NCBI GenBank assembly: GCA_000004695.1
Contig: CM000151.3
Coordinates: forward strand, 2,656,001 to 2,720,000
Direction: 5' to 3'
Length of the DNA: 64,000 bases
Origin: Dictyostelium discoideum
Taxonomy: Eukaryota
This document shows, in pieces, positions 1 to 12,386 of this stretch. The notes under the pieces were generated by a model. That model did not search any database, had not been told where the DNA came from, and saw only the letters and a list, made by a program, of their open reading frames with translations. The stretch's first letter is position 1. Each line of letters begins with the position of its first letter. The position numbers and the translations under genes were made by a program.

Positions 1-2172
1 TGTCTTCTTTGTAGTGAAAGAGAGTTTTTAGATTTTGTGTTGAAAACGAATTTTACGATGTTATTTTCAATACTATTGTGTTGTGGTGTGGTGTTGATGT
101 AAGTGTGGAACGTTAACTGAGATAGTGCATATGTTTTTGCCATTATGAGTCTGCCCATATAGGTTGATGAAGTTGAGTTCCATGTTACTAGTTTAGCTCT
201 GATGTTGTCTGAGATTGTATTGATTTTGGATTTGATACCCTTATTGTTGAAGTCAAAGCCGAGGTACCTTTCGTTTGATTTTATGACGGTGTATAGCGTT
301 CTGGTGTTCCATTTGAAAGTGATACACGAGCATTTGGTTTGGTTTATTTTTGCGCTGGTTGCTTGGCAAAACTTCTTGATCCATTCATTCATGAGGAAAT
401 GGTCCATAAAGTTGTATGCTATTGTTGCTGTATCATCGGCGAACTGTAGTATTTTAATGGTTTCTTTGGTTACACCATTGATGCAGCGGTCATTTATTAT
501 AGTAGTTGCCATGCATTCAACCACTAATGCGAAGATAGTGGGAGAGATAGGATCACCTTGTTTGGTTCCTCTTTTTGATGTAAAGCTTTTAGATAATGAG
601 TTATTGATGTACACTGATGTTTCTGATTCATTGAGTAAGTTCATTATTGTGAGGACCATTTTGAGTGGTAGTTTTAGATGTGCAAGAGTACGTAGAATGG
701 CGTTATGTGAGATTGAATCGAATGCTTTTTCAAAATCATAAAATGTTATGATTGGTTCCATATCCTCTTTTGTGTTAATCTCTCGTTTTATTATTTCTAT
801 TGTTGAGTTTAAGGTGATGATGTTATCGTGCAGTAGTCTTCTTGGTACGAATCCAGTTTGGAATGGTGAGATTATTTTGTTTAAGAACTTCAGGATCCTA
901 TTGTTGATTATTTTCGAATAGATTTTGTAATCGACATTTAGAAGTGTTATTGGTCTATAATTATCCAGGTTGTTTGGGTCTCCTTTGTTTTTATATATAG
1001 TAATCAATATCCCTTGTTTGAAGTCCTTTGGGATTGTTGTGTTCCAGAAGTGATTGTATAGTTTTGATATTATTGGTAGAATTTCATTAATGTGGTTTTT
1101 GTAAAATGTTGGAAGGAGTCCATCTTTACCAGGTGCTTTTCCTTCTTGTATTTTTTCAATGCCTAGTCTGATTTCATATCCTTCTATTGGTTGATTAATT
1201 TCGTCCAATATCTTTTGATCAATCCTTTTATTGAATGTTTTTAGGAGTTCGTGGTGAGTGTCTTCGTTGCATTCTCTCTTCTGGTACAGGTTCTCGTAAT
1301 ATCTTCTTGCTACTTCGAGGATATCCTCGTGTTTTGTTACCAAACAATTGTTGCTTGGATCTAGAATTTGAGGGATTTCATTTGTCTTTCTTTGGACTTT
1401 TAACCTTCTGGTTAAGTATTTTGATGGTGTTTCTTTGTTGTTGATGTGGGTGTTGGTTTGGTTTGCTTGTTTTATTCTTACTTGTTCCTTTAGAATATTG
1501 TTGATCTCTTCTTTAAGGAAGATTGCTCTTGAATCTTTGGCTGTTTCGAGTTTTTCTGCGAGTTCTTTTAGTTTGTTTTTGGTTTTATTGCTTTCTCTAA
1601 TTTCTATATTAATTGACAGTTTCTTTATTTCATCTTTTAGTTTCAACCATTGTTCGCAAATGTTTAATTTGTACCATTTGCTGGTGTTCTCTTCGAATTT
1701 TTTATTGTAGTATTTAATTGTTTTATTAATTTTGAGGCTGGTTGAATTCATTTTGAGAGTTTCTAGGTTTTGTCTCCATAGTCTTTCTCCTTTCTTTTGT
1801 TGCTCGTATTCTGGTATTTTTAATTCAATGATTACCATGTTGTGATCAGATTTTAATTTGATTTCCTTAGTAGTAACTATTGGGTTTAGATGGAGTATCT
1901 TCTTTGAGACAAAGACCCTATCGATGGTTGATTTGTTTCTTGGAAATGTGATTCCATTCTTAATTTCTGTAAATTCGAATTCGTCGAAGATTGTTTTAAT
2001 ATATTTGTTAAGGTTATTATCCACTGAACAGTCTACATTGAAGTCTCCAGTTATAATATCGCTGTGTAGTATTTCTTCTGTGAGATTTTCCTTATACCAT
2101 TCATGTCTTTCGTTTGACTTTGCTGGGGCATAAATGGTTGTGCATTTGATCTGTGTTTTTGCAATCATCCAT
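1..2172 (-). CDS. TRE5-A-like ORF2 (AP endonuclease + reverse transcriptase), N-terminal ~720 codons only; continues beyond the window start
   Basis: A continuous minus-strand reading frame runs from the ATG at ~2172 down to position 1 with no stop in the window, which is why it is absent from the ORF track. APE motifs sit near 2000-2150. Plus-strand ORFs in 202-2589 are antisense artefacts. Confidence 0.7.
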
Positions 2173-2458
2173 TCGGAAGATATAATTCTTTCGTTTATTG
2201 TTTTTGTTGTTGTTTTTATTTGGGTGTTGATGATGATTTGTGACACCCCTTGTCCTGTTTTATCAATTGGTGCGTGGTGTGTTATTTTGTTTTTATATTG
2301 TTGATTTATTGAGTAAATTTTATTTGTTTTTATATTTGTTTCAGTTAGAAGTGCTGCGTCCAGCTTGTTGTTGTCTAATACGGTGTTTATTATGCTGGCA
2401 GATTGGATGGTGTTGGATCCTTGGACGTTCCAAACACCTATTCTTATTGTGTTTTTCT

Positions 2459-3793
2459 TTATAGTTTTATTTGGGGTAGATTTTTATCTACCTTTTGAAG
2501 TTTCTGGTTTATTTTGTCTTCTAACTGATCTTTACTTTGTTCGTTGTGTTGTTGGTCTTGTGTGTTTGTGGGGTTTTTTGATTTACTGATTTGTTTTAGA
2601 ATTTCCTTGTTGAAGTTGTCTATATCTTCATCCATTTTTGTTTTTATGCTTTTTTGTCCATATTCACCCAATTTTGGTTTGACTGGTGTTTTGTTGGTCC
2701 TGTTTGTTTTGTCTTGTTGTTTGTTTTTTGGTGTGTTTAACAATTTACTTGGTGAATCGATAATTTTCGATGGTGTACCATAGGTTGGGCTGAAACTCAT
2801 GATATGTTTTATTGGAGAGGAGAAGAACCATTGATTTGAAGGGATTGAAAGTGGGAATTCTATTTTTCTTATTGCATCAGTGTTTGGGCTGGTGAAGTCG
2901 AAGATATCATTTACCTCTCTAAGTTTTTCTTCCGTTGTTAGTCTCTTTGTTTCGCCGTGTTGTTTTATTGGTGTATTGTATGGAGATGGTGGTTCAATAG
3001 GTTTTTCTGATTTTGTTTTAATTTCTTGATTGTTTATCGATTGGGTATTGATCTCATTCTCTATTCTTGTTAGTTCATCTACGTTTTCTAGTGATGCATC
3101 TATTACCTTTTGAGCTGTATCATCTAGGGCCATAAATGTTTTATCATTAGATGAGGAGGTGATTGGTGGGATAATGATTGTTCTTTTTCCTTGTTTTGGT
3201 ATTTGTTCTGATGTAGATTGTGGTTGTTGTTCATCTGATTGTTTTTTATTTTTGTTTTCTTCTTGATTTTCTGGTAATGAGGTTTGATCTCTCCATCCTT
3301 TGTTGGAGTGACCAATTAATGTTAGATTGTCTAGTTCAATGATAGTGTCATATTCTTCTACGACTCTTTTCACTGTTTTGATAATTAGAGTTTCGCCTTT
3401 AATTTCAGATTTAATTAGTTTACATCCTTCATTTTCTATTACCCATTCTATTTCTGTGAGTGATTTATACCAATCGAAATCCGTATACATATTTTTTGGT
3501 CTTAGAGTGGTTATAAATTGTCCTTTTAATTCTGCATCGAACATATTTACAAAATAGATTACTGTACTAATACTGTCTGTGAGAATTTTGAATGTATTAT
3601 TACTTTTGATTAAAACATCTTTTTTGTCCAAACTTTTTTCTAAATCTTTTTTTATTTTATCGTCTGGTTCGTGATTGATGTTTATGACGTATTTGAATTG
3701 TTTTTTTTTTAATTGAGTTTTATCCACAATTTCGCTTATTTTTTGTAGGCATTTGTGTTGCTTAATATTTGTGGTGTTGTTTGTGATTTTCAT
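2459..3793 (-). CDS. TRE5-A-like ORF1 protein (444 aa, ~51 kDa)
   Basis: An intact 444-codon minus-strand ORF sits immediately 5' of ORF2. Its size matches the TRE5-A ORF1 protein. It is Lys/Asn/Gln-rich and has no cellular homologue I recognise. Confidence 0.7.
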   Translation of the reverse strand: MKITNNTTNIKQHKCLQKISEIVDKTQLKKKQFKYVININHEPDDKIKKDLEKSLDKKDVLIKSNNTFKILTDSISTVIYFVNMFDAELKGQFITTLRPKNMYTDFDWYKSLTEIEWVIENEGCKLIKSEIKGETLIIKTVKRVVEEYDTIIELDNLTLIGHSNKGWRDQTSLPENQEENKNKKQSDEQQPQSTSEQIPKQGKRTIIIPPITSSSNDKTFMALDDTAQKVIDASLENVDELTRIENEINTQSINNQEIKTKSEKPIEPPSPYNTPIKQHGETKRLTTEEKLREVNDIFDFTSPNTDAIRKIEFPLSIPSNQWFFSSPIKHIMSFSPTYGTPSKIIDSPSKLLNTPKNKQQDKTNRTNKTPVKPKLGEYGQKSIKTKMDEDIDNFNKEILKQISKSKNPTNTQDQQHNEQSKDQLEDKINQKLQKVDKNLPQIKL

Positions 3794-3842
3794 TTTATTT
3801 TCTTTCTATCTTTTATATTTTTCTTTAAAAAGTTAAAAATCT

Positions 3843-3869
3843 GGAAATTTTCTGATTAACTTGGGTTCC

Positions 3870-3912
<43 letters not shown>
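3843..3912. repeat. poly(T) homopolymer of about 70 nt (oligo(A) on the element strand) between the module array and ORF1
   Basis: Seen directly in the sequence. In the other seven module copies the corresponding junction is only ttgtttttt. Confidence 0.9.
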
Positions 3913-3915
<3 letters not shown>

Positions 3916-5535
3916 TCTTTTTTATATGAAAAATGAAATAATCAAAAAAAGAGATTGTTGTTGTTGTTTGTTTTTTTTCGATCTGATTATTTTTTGCTTT
4001 TTTTTGAAAATTTTGCTACGCAAAATTCTCAAAACGAAACAAATAATAAATTACAATAAAGTAAAAAGATGGCTTTTTAAGATAGTTTATTTATTTATTT
4101 ATTTGTTTTTTAAGTCTTTTTTATATGAAAAATGAAATAATCAAAAAAAGAGATTGTTGTTGTTGTTTGTTTTTTTTCGATCTGATTATTTTTTGCTTTT
4201 TTTTGAAAATTTTGCTACGCAAAATTCTCAAAACGAAACAAATAATAAATTACAATAAAGCAAAAAGATGGCTTTTTAAGATATTTTATTTATTTATTTA
4301 TTTGTTTTTTAAGTCTTTCTTATTTGAAAAATGAAATAATCAAAAAAAGAGATTGTTGTTGTTGTTTGTTTTTTTTCGATCTGATTATTTTTTGCTTTTT
4401 TTTGAAAATTTTGCTACGCAAAATTCTCAAAACGAAACAAATAATAAATTACAATAAAGTAAAAAGATGGCTTTTTAAGATAGTTTATTTATTTATTTAT
4501 TTGTTTTTTAAGTCTTTTTTATATGAAAAATGAAATAATCAAAAAAAGAGATTGTTGTTGTTGTTTGTTTTTTTTCGATCTGATTATTTTTTGCTTTTTT
4601 TTGAAAATTTTGCTACGCAAAATTCTCAAAACGAAACAAATAATAAATTACAATAAAGTAAAAAGATGGCTTTTTAAGATAGTTTATTTATTTATTTATT
4701 TGTTTTTTAAGTCTTTTTTATATGAAAAATGAAATAATCAAAAAAAGAGATTGTTGTTGTTGTTTGTTTTTTTTCGATCTGATTATTTTTTGCTTTTTTT
4801 TGAAAATTTTGCTACGCAAAATTCTCAAAACGAAACAAATAATAAATTACAATAAAGTAAAAAGATGGCTTTTTAAGATAGTTTATTTATTTATTTATTT
4901 GTTTTTTAAGTCTTTTTTATATGAAAAATGAAATAATCAAAAAAAGAGATTGTTGTTGTTGTTTGTTTTTTTTCGATCTGATTATTTTTTGCTTTTTTTT
5001 GAAAATTTTGCTACGCAAAATTCTCAAAACGAAACAAATAATAAATTACAATAAAGTAAAAAGATGGCTTTTTAAGATAGTTTATTTATTTATTTATTTG
5101 TTTTTTAAGTCTTTTTTATATGAAAAATGAAATAATCAAAAAAAGAGATTGTTGTTGTTGTTTGTTTTTTTTCGATCTGATTATTTTTTGCTTTTTTTTG
5201 AAAATTTTGCTACGCAAAATTCTCAAAACGAAACAAATAATAAATTACAATAAAGTAAAAAGATGGCTTTTTAAGATAGTTTATTTATTTATTTATTTGT
5301 TTTTTAAGTCTTTTTTATATGAAAAATGAAATAATCAAAAAAAGAGATTGTTGTTGTTGTTTGTTTTTTTTCGATCTGATTATTTTTTGCTTTTTTTTGA
5401 AAATTTTGCTACGCAAAATTCTCAAAACGAAACAAATAATAAATTACAATAAAGTAAAAAGATGGCTTTTTAAGATAGTTTATTTATTTATTTATTTGTT
5501 TTTTAAGTCTTTTTTATATGAAAAATGAAATAATC
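3913..5535. repeat. Tandem array of a 199-bp module, 8 full copies plus a 5'-truncated ninth (TRE5-A A-module-like)
   Basis: Units start at 3926, 4125, 4324, 4523, 4722, 4921, 5120 and 5319, and all are identical except copy 2, which has about 4 substitutions. Each unit carries a spurious 69-aa ORF (MKNEIIKKRDCCCC...). The array ends at ...aaataatc at 5535. Confidence 0.9.
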
Positions 5536-5583
5536 CATATATATTTATAAAGCTAACAAGCTTTATTACAACTTACATACAAA

Positions 5584-5666
5584 GCAAGGGTAGGAAAGTC
5601 TGGTTAAATCCGTGTGACTTAAGATCTCATCCATTCGGTTCGCGAGTTCGAATCTCGCCTCTTGCA
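5584..5666 (+). tRNA. tRNA-Leu(UAA), class II (long variable arm), 83 nt
   Basis: The acceptor stem GCAAGGG/CTCTTGC has one G-U pair. The D-stem has 3 bp. The anticodon loop is CTTAAGA (U33, anticodon TAA, G37), and its stem TGTGA/TCTCA has one U-U mismatch. The T-arm is GCGAG-TTCGAAT-CTCGC. The discriminator is A. Confidence 0.8.
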
Positions 5667-5697
5667 ATGATTTTTCAACTTCATTAATAGGATCATA

Positions 5698-5708
5698 TGT
5701 TCGACTCC
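5698..5708 (+). promoter_or_regulatory. external B-box (ex-B) downstream of tRNA-Leu
   Basis: tGTTCGActCC lies 32 bp after the tRNA 3' end and matches the GGTTCGAnTCC box-B consensus. Dictyostelium tRNA genes often carry a second B box 20-40 bp downstream. Confidence 0.5.
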
Positions 5709-5934
5709 TTTTTAATCCTTTAAACATTTATTAAATAAAAACTTAATCTAGATAAAATTGATGGACATTATTTAAAAAAATTAAAAAAAAACTGGAGATT
5801 GTTCGTCACCAAATACACAATCCAATAATAAATAAAAAACGGTGGCTTAGATATGTTGGATTTTGGCCATTCTAGCAAAACACATAATAAGAAATAATAG
5901 TAAAAAATTTTCTAAAAGGAAAAATCAAATTTTT

Positions 5935-6640
5935 TATTATCTAAGTTTTGGTTTAAATGAAAAACCAAAAATTGGAGTACCATCAATTTTAGTATTTTCA
6001 AATGGTGGTAAAATATGGAAATTTAAGACCAAATTGGTTAATAAGAGATATAATTCATCTTGGGAGAAACCCATACCAACACAATTTCTAACACCAATAC
6101 TATATGGAAACCAATTATTTGATTAATTATTTTGATAAATGAATCTTTCTGGAATAAATTCATTTGGTGATGACCAGTATTTTTCGTCTCTAAATATTGA
6201 ATAAAGTGATTGAATGATTTGAGCACCTTTTAGAAATGTATATTTACCATTATCAATTGTAAATTCTTCAATTACTAAACGTGATACACCAATGCTACTG
6301 GTGGGTATAATCTTAATACTTCTTTTAATGAAGCATTAAATAAAGGTGTCAATGGCCGGTGAGATAAATTAATTAATTTATTTTCACTTGGTAATTGTTT
6401 TAATTGAAATTCTTTGCGATTACATTACTCTAGAGTAAACCATTTCATTGTAGCACTATTATTTTCAACTGCAGCTAAAATTCATTTGTAATTGAAATAA
6501 CTGAACACTCTTCTTTTCCATTTACTTTTCTATATTCTGAAATAATTGAATCTAAAACATCTCTTGGATTATCAATATAAATTGTTTCACAATGTTCTTA
6601 ATAATATTTATTAATTATCTTTTTCAAGGGGTCTGAAGGA
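5935..6640 (-). pseudogene. cytochrome P450 C-terminal fragment, disrupted by stops and frameshifts
   Basis: The minus-strand translation contains SLKEVLRLYPPVALV (K-helix ExxR and PP), DEKYWSSPNEFIPERFI (PERF motif) and FPYSIGVRNCVGMGFS (FGxGxRxCxG haem-binding loop). These lie in different frames and are separated by TAG/TAA stops. About 700 bp of the ~1.5 kb expected for a P450 remains. Confidence 0.65.
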
Positions 6641-6752
6641 TGACCAAAAATTTTTGAATAAATAAAATAAAATGGATAACAATTATTATTGAGAAAAATT
6701 AATTCTGATTAATCTGTGAAATATTGCTATTTGAAATTTTTTTTTCAAAAAT

Positions 6753-6824
6753 GGCTCCTTAGCATAGTGGTATTGCGCTTCCCTAGTAAGGAAGAGGTCA
6801 TGAGTTCGATCCTCATAGGAGCCT
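6753..6824 (+). tRNA. tRNA-Thr(AGU), 72 nt including discriminator
   Basis: The acceptor stem is GGCTCCT/AGGAGCC. The anticodon stem is CTTCC/GGAAG with loop CTAGTAA (anticodon AGT). The T-arm is ATGAG-TTCGATC-CTCAT. A weak ex-B-like GGaTCGAtTCtCC sits at 6851-6864. Confidence 0.85.
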
Positions 6825-6857
6825 TTTAAAAAATTCTGTTAAATAGATCAAGGGATC

Positions 6858-7075
6858 GATTCTCCAAACAAAAAAACAAACAAACAAAAAAACAAACAAA
6901 CAAACAAAAAAACAAACAAACAAACAAAAAAACAAACAAACAAACAAAAAAACAAACAAACAAAAAAACAAACAAAAAAACTAACAAAAAAACAATCAAA
7001 AAAACAATCAAACAATCAAACAATCAAACAATCAAACAAACCAACCAACAAACAAACAAATTTTAATTAACAAAC
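6858..7075. repeat. A/C microsatellite (ACAAACAAACAAAAAA)n, then (CAATCAAA)n
   Basis: A direct tandem repeat begins just downstream of tRNA-Thr. Antisense reading yields the spurious 65-aa poly-F/L/V ORF 6826-7023. Confidence 0.9.
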
Positions 7076-7112
7076 AAAAAATACTTTGTTTTAATTAGGG
7101 AGAAGCTAAATT

Positions 7113-7219
7113 TTATTTTTTCAAAAATTTATTTAATAGTCTCTCTCTTCTAAAATACATCATTTCAATTTTTTCTTTGGGAATGATACCATTATTTTGG
7201 TTATTATTTTGGTTATTAC

Positions 7220-7283
<64 letters not shown>

Positions 7284-7894
7284 TATAAAATTGATTGGTA
7301 TTATATTTTGGGTAAAATGCATTTGACCAATTAATATAAAATATCTTTTTGTAAGAATATTTTTAGCTTGTGTTGAAATTAGGTATTTTGAGATTTTTTG
7401 AGAGGTTTTAAAAAATAATTGTCTTCCAAAATTACCAAAATCATAAAGAGTTATTAAAAATTTAAATATTGACTCTAATAATTCTTTTGAATCCCTATTA
7501 TCTATAATTGTTTGTTCATTTGGATATCTTTCAAAGTCAATGATATTATTATTATTATTATTAGTATTTCTTTGAAAGAAATAAGTTTTTAATTTAATTA
7601 AACTATTTCTTATACTTGTATTATGAGATTCCTTTAAATTTTGTTGTACTTGATTTATTGGATCATTATAAATTATTTGAATTATAATTTTAATGAAATG
7701 TTTGATTAATTTCATTATAATTAAATTTATATTATCATTTTGATTTTCATCACTATTATTATTATTACTATTTTCATTTTCATTTGTTAATGATAATAAA
7801 TCCAATCTTGAAGAATAACAATAAAGGAAAGAATTAAATAATTTAAAAATTTCAATTTTACTTGATATTGACTTTTGGTTGAAATTTATAAAAC

Positions 7895-7977
<83 letters not shown>

Positions 7978-8436
7978 ATAAAAATTGATTTAAAAATTAA
8001 AATAAAATTATGTTGAATTATATTATGTAAATCAATTTCTTGATATTTTATATTATTTTTAAATAAATATTTTGTAAATTTAATTAAAACCAATTGTGTA
8101 TGAATACAAGCACTACCATTACCACTAAAATAAAAACCAAATAAATCATTCAATATAAAAGATTTTAACTTTTCAAATTTTAATAAATGAATTGATAAAT
8201 TTTTAAAAGATTTCTTTTTCCTTTGATTCATTTGTTGATCAAATGATTTTAATATGTGAATGAAAATCTTTGAAAACCAATAATTATAATTTGGAAATAC
8301 TTTATCAAATGAATAAATCAATTGATTTAAATCTTTTACATTCTTATATTCTAAATCTTTTAAAAATAAATCTATAAATTTTGATCCAATACTATTATTA
8401 CTAATAATATTATTATTATTATTTAAATTCTTTTGA

Positions 8437-8498
<62 letters not shown>

Positions 8499-10049
8499 TG
8501 TTATAGTTTTTATTGTATTATTACTATTTATATTATTATTTATATTATTATTATTATTATTATTAATATTATTAATTTTATTACTCTCTTTTAAATCAAT
8601 AATAAAATGTGGACAAATTACAACTACCATATTTACATAGGCCATTAAAACTGACATTTTAGAAATACTGTTTGATATATGTTTATTCTCTAAATCATAA
8701 ACTTTTGATCTTTCTTCAAATGAATTTAAAAATCTAATTTGATAATCGAACCAATCGAATTCTGGTATTTTTGAAGGTTGTTGTTGTTGTTGTTTTTGTT
8801 GTTGTGGTAAAGTTTTTTGGGGTGAAGTTGTTGTTGTTGTAATTGTTAAATTAATTTTTGAAGTTGGTAATGGTTTATCAATTTGATATTGATTTTCAAT
8901 TCTTTTTAAAAATTGTAAAATTAATTTTCTTTTTTCAGAAGTTTTTGAAAGATTTGTTGATAACATGAATTGATTATCCTTGAAAAGGTAATGATTTTTA
9001 AATACTAAACAAGTTGAAGTCGGTATTGATAGTAAAAGGAATTGATCGATATACTTTTGATGTAATTCAATTTCAAATAATAAAATTGGATCAATTAGTA
9101 CCAACATAAATATATTTATAAATTGATTTTGATATCTCTTTAAAAAATGTTCATTAAATTCTTCATCTTTTAATATCTTTGTAAAACAATAAATTGATAT
9201 TAAAAATATATTATAATCATTTGAAATTTGAAAATTATTATTATTTTTAAATGTTGGTGGTATATTAATATTTAAAAAGTATTGATTAATATCAATTGTA
9301 GTTGTTGTCGTTGTTGTTGTTGTTGGTGGTAAAGTTGTTAATTTAAATTTCCCAATTAAACAATCACCAATACTCTTTATAAAATTAATTGATTGTTTTG
9401 TATAAATTGAATAAAGTTGAACTGTTATTGGATTAAAAAATGATTGATTATTTGATACTATCTTATATCTATTATTATTTTGATTATTATTATTATTTTG
9501 ATTATTTAATAATGATAAATTATTAATTGGATTATTTACAAAAGTTGATACTAATAAATGAATATATTCGATATATTTCTCTTGAACTGATTTTTCAAAT
9601 GATTTAAAATGTCTTTCTAAATTGAATGAGAAATTATTAAAATATTTTGAATCTTTTTTTATAAACCTAATATATTGATGTAAAATAAATTTTGACCATA
9701 ATTCTCTATTAAAATTATTTTTATTATTATTATTATTATTATTATTAATATTTGAAAATAATGATTTCAAATTTTGATTTGGATACATTTTATCAAAAAT
9801 ATTTGTTACAATGATTGTTGTAATATCTTTAATTAATGAAATTAAAATATCTTCAAAAGAAAATAGATATTGAATCATTAAATTCATTACACTGAAAATA
9901 CCATTTAATATTAAATAACCAGCTTGTAAAAGTATAGTTTCTGATCTTGAAAAATCAATTAATAATGTCATTGATTTTATAATTCTTTTTAATTGATCAC
10001 ATGTAGTTGTTGTTGTTGTTGTTGTAGTTGTTGTTGTTGTTACTATTGA

Positions 10050-10127
<78 letters not shown>

Positions 10128-10360
10128 ACCAATACTATCAATACATAAAACTGCAATTGAAATTAAATTTGAAAACCAACATTTAAATGTTGAAATTGGT
10201 GTATCCAATTCTTTAATGACTTGAACAGAAGATGAATTCAATTTACTCTTTTTAAATTGTTGATATAATTCTTCATATGGATTTTTAATTTGTTCAAATG
10301 AAAAACTGTTAAATGCTCTTTTAAATGTTATAATTCTATATACGATTGGTGTTATTTGAC

Positions 10361-10436
<76 letters not shown>

Positions 10437-12191
10437 TAATAATGTTGATACTATACTTGGTGATTCATTATTATATATATTTATCAATTTCTGAATTATA
10501 TTATTGTTATTGTTATTATTGTTATTATTGTTATTTGATTTTGGTGGTGTGGTAGAAGGAGAAGGAGAATTTAATTTTCTTTTATAGTAATTTATTAAAC
10601 ATAAAAATAAACTCGTATTAATTAAATCTAATGATGCTGGTTCAATATTTGATTTTAAATAGAGATCTGAAAAAGAAGAGGAAGATAAAGATGATGGTGA
10701 TGAATAATCTGGTTTAAATAATTCTATAATTTTATTATAAGATGGTGCAGTATCATTAATAGAAGGATTTGATGCTGATTCTTGTAAAAATGATAACAAA
10801 ACTATAAATTTATAAATCTCTTCGAATAGTGTATCTAAACTAATTAATGGTGATGTTATCTCTATATACCTAAATAAAATTACCATTATTTTTGAAAATT
10901 GATTTATTATTGATTCCAAATTATTATTATAATTTTTATTACTATTATTACTATTATTATTATTATTTGTAGTAGTTGTAGTTGTAGTAGTAGTGGCGGT
11001 GGTGAGATTTATTAATATTTGAGTATTTTTTTTAATGAAATTTAAAACTAATTTTGAAATTAAACTCCAATTTTCAAATTTATTTTCAAATTGATAATTT
11101 AAAAGTTTAGAAATTGGTGATATTAAATAATTATTATTATTATTGTTTTGATGATCTTTATTTTTTTGAAATTTTAATAAAGCTTTAGTTATCTCTAAAG
11201 TAATATTCAAGTAATGTATTATTGATTGATTGTATAATTCAAACTTTTTATTCCTATTTTTATTATTTATATATAAATTAAAGTAATCCCAAAATGTTGA
11301 TGTTATTGGTGCTAAATTATCTTGATTATCTTTTTTAAATAATTTTAAAAAGTTGAATATAAATTTTTGAAGATTATATTCATCATCTTCGTTATCTTCT
11401 TCTTCTTCTTCTTCTTCTACTTCTTCATAATCATCATCATTATCATATTTATTTTTATTTCTACTATTTCTACTTTTATAACTAACATTATTATTATTAA
11501 TTGTACCTCCTCTAAAATATTAATTTATTTAAGATTAGTATAGTAAATTAAAATATTATAAAATACACGATAAAAAATCTGATAATGATTTTTTTTTTTT
11601 TTTTTTTTTTTTACCTTTTAAGTGAATCTAATTTTGAAATTGATATTAAGATAATTGATAAAAATGAATCAATTATTGAATCTAATATATTTGAATTATC
11701 ATCATCTAAAATAAAAGTAGTATTATCATAAACTGATATTTTAAATAATTGGGCTAAAATTGAATTAATTAAAAAACTATGATTCAATTGTTTAATTTGG
11801 TCATTTAATAATGTTGATTTTTGACTAATTAAAAATTCTAAAGAATAAACATTCTCTTTTTTTTGTTTTTTTTTTTTTTTTACTATGTTAATAAAATATT
11901 ATTTGATTAAATGAATTTTATTTTATTAAAATTATACATACGTCTTAAATAATGTTTAATTCTATAAATTAAGCAATTAATGAATGTATTATTATAAACA
12001 TTAAGGTATTGATTATTATTATTATTATTATTTGTAAAATAAGTAATTAAATCTTTAAAAAATTTAATAAATTCTTTGGTGGTACCCCCTTTACTATTAA
12101 AATCAAGTACCGTTTCTTCAATTTCATTAAATATATTCAAAAAAAAATTATTTATTTCCTTTGTTTAATAGTTTTGTGAGTGTGAGTAAAA

Positions 12192-12233
<42 letters not shown>

Positions 12234-12312
12234 AGTATTTACATCTTTGGAAATAATTGGGCAAAATCTTAATTTTCTATTTTTATATTGAAAAAGGAAA
12301 ATTATTTTATTG

Positions 12313-12386
<74 letters not shown>

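Larger units (their letters stand above)
1..5535 (-). mobile_element. TRE5-A-like tRNA-gene-targeted non-LTR (LINE) retrotransposon. The 5' portion (module array, ORF1, 5' part of ORF2) is in the window; the 3' portion lies before the window start.
   Basis: The minus-strand order is: 199-bp module array, oligo(A), ORF1 (444 aa), ORF2. Translating the reverse strand of ~1900-2175 gives MDDCKTQIKCTTIYAPAKSNERHEWYKENLTEEILHSDIITGDFNVDCS, which carries the LINE AP-endonuclease IYAP and GDFN signatures. The element's 5' end lies 48 bp from a tRNA gene, which is the known TRE5-A target preference (about 48 bp upstream of tRNA genes). Confidence 0.8.

Noticed and set aside
202-2589. Six plus-strand ORFs (179, 69, 91, 91, 74 and 74 aa) between 202 and 2589
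   Set aside because: They are antisense to the continuous minus-strand TRE5 ORF2 reading frame (APE domain). They are hydrophobic and low-complexity, with no start context.
3926-5528. Eight identical 69-aa ORFs (MKNEIIKKRDCCCC...), one per 199-bp repeat unit
   Set aside because: Each ORF is confined to a single repeat unit, so they are tandem-repeat artefacts. Each spans unit to unit, is Phe/Leu/Lys-rich, and has no signal of selection. The element's coding strand is the opposite one.
3926-5535. Regular 199-bp direct repeats, considered as a CRISPR-like array
   Set aside because: This is a eukaryotic genome. The units are contiguous with no unique spacers, there are no cas genes, and the 199-bp unit size is wrong for CRISPR.
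8437-10555. Poly-Leu and poly-Tyr ORFs (8437-8640, 10346-10555) on the plus strand
   Set aside because: They are the antisense translation of (AAT)n poly-Asn tracts within the large minus-strand gene. Similar cases are 12257-12454, 17942-18163, 18551-18811, 27989-28315, 52005-52223 and 52280-52465.
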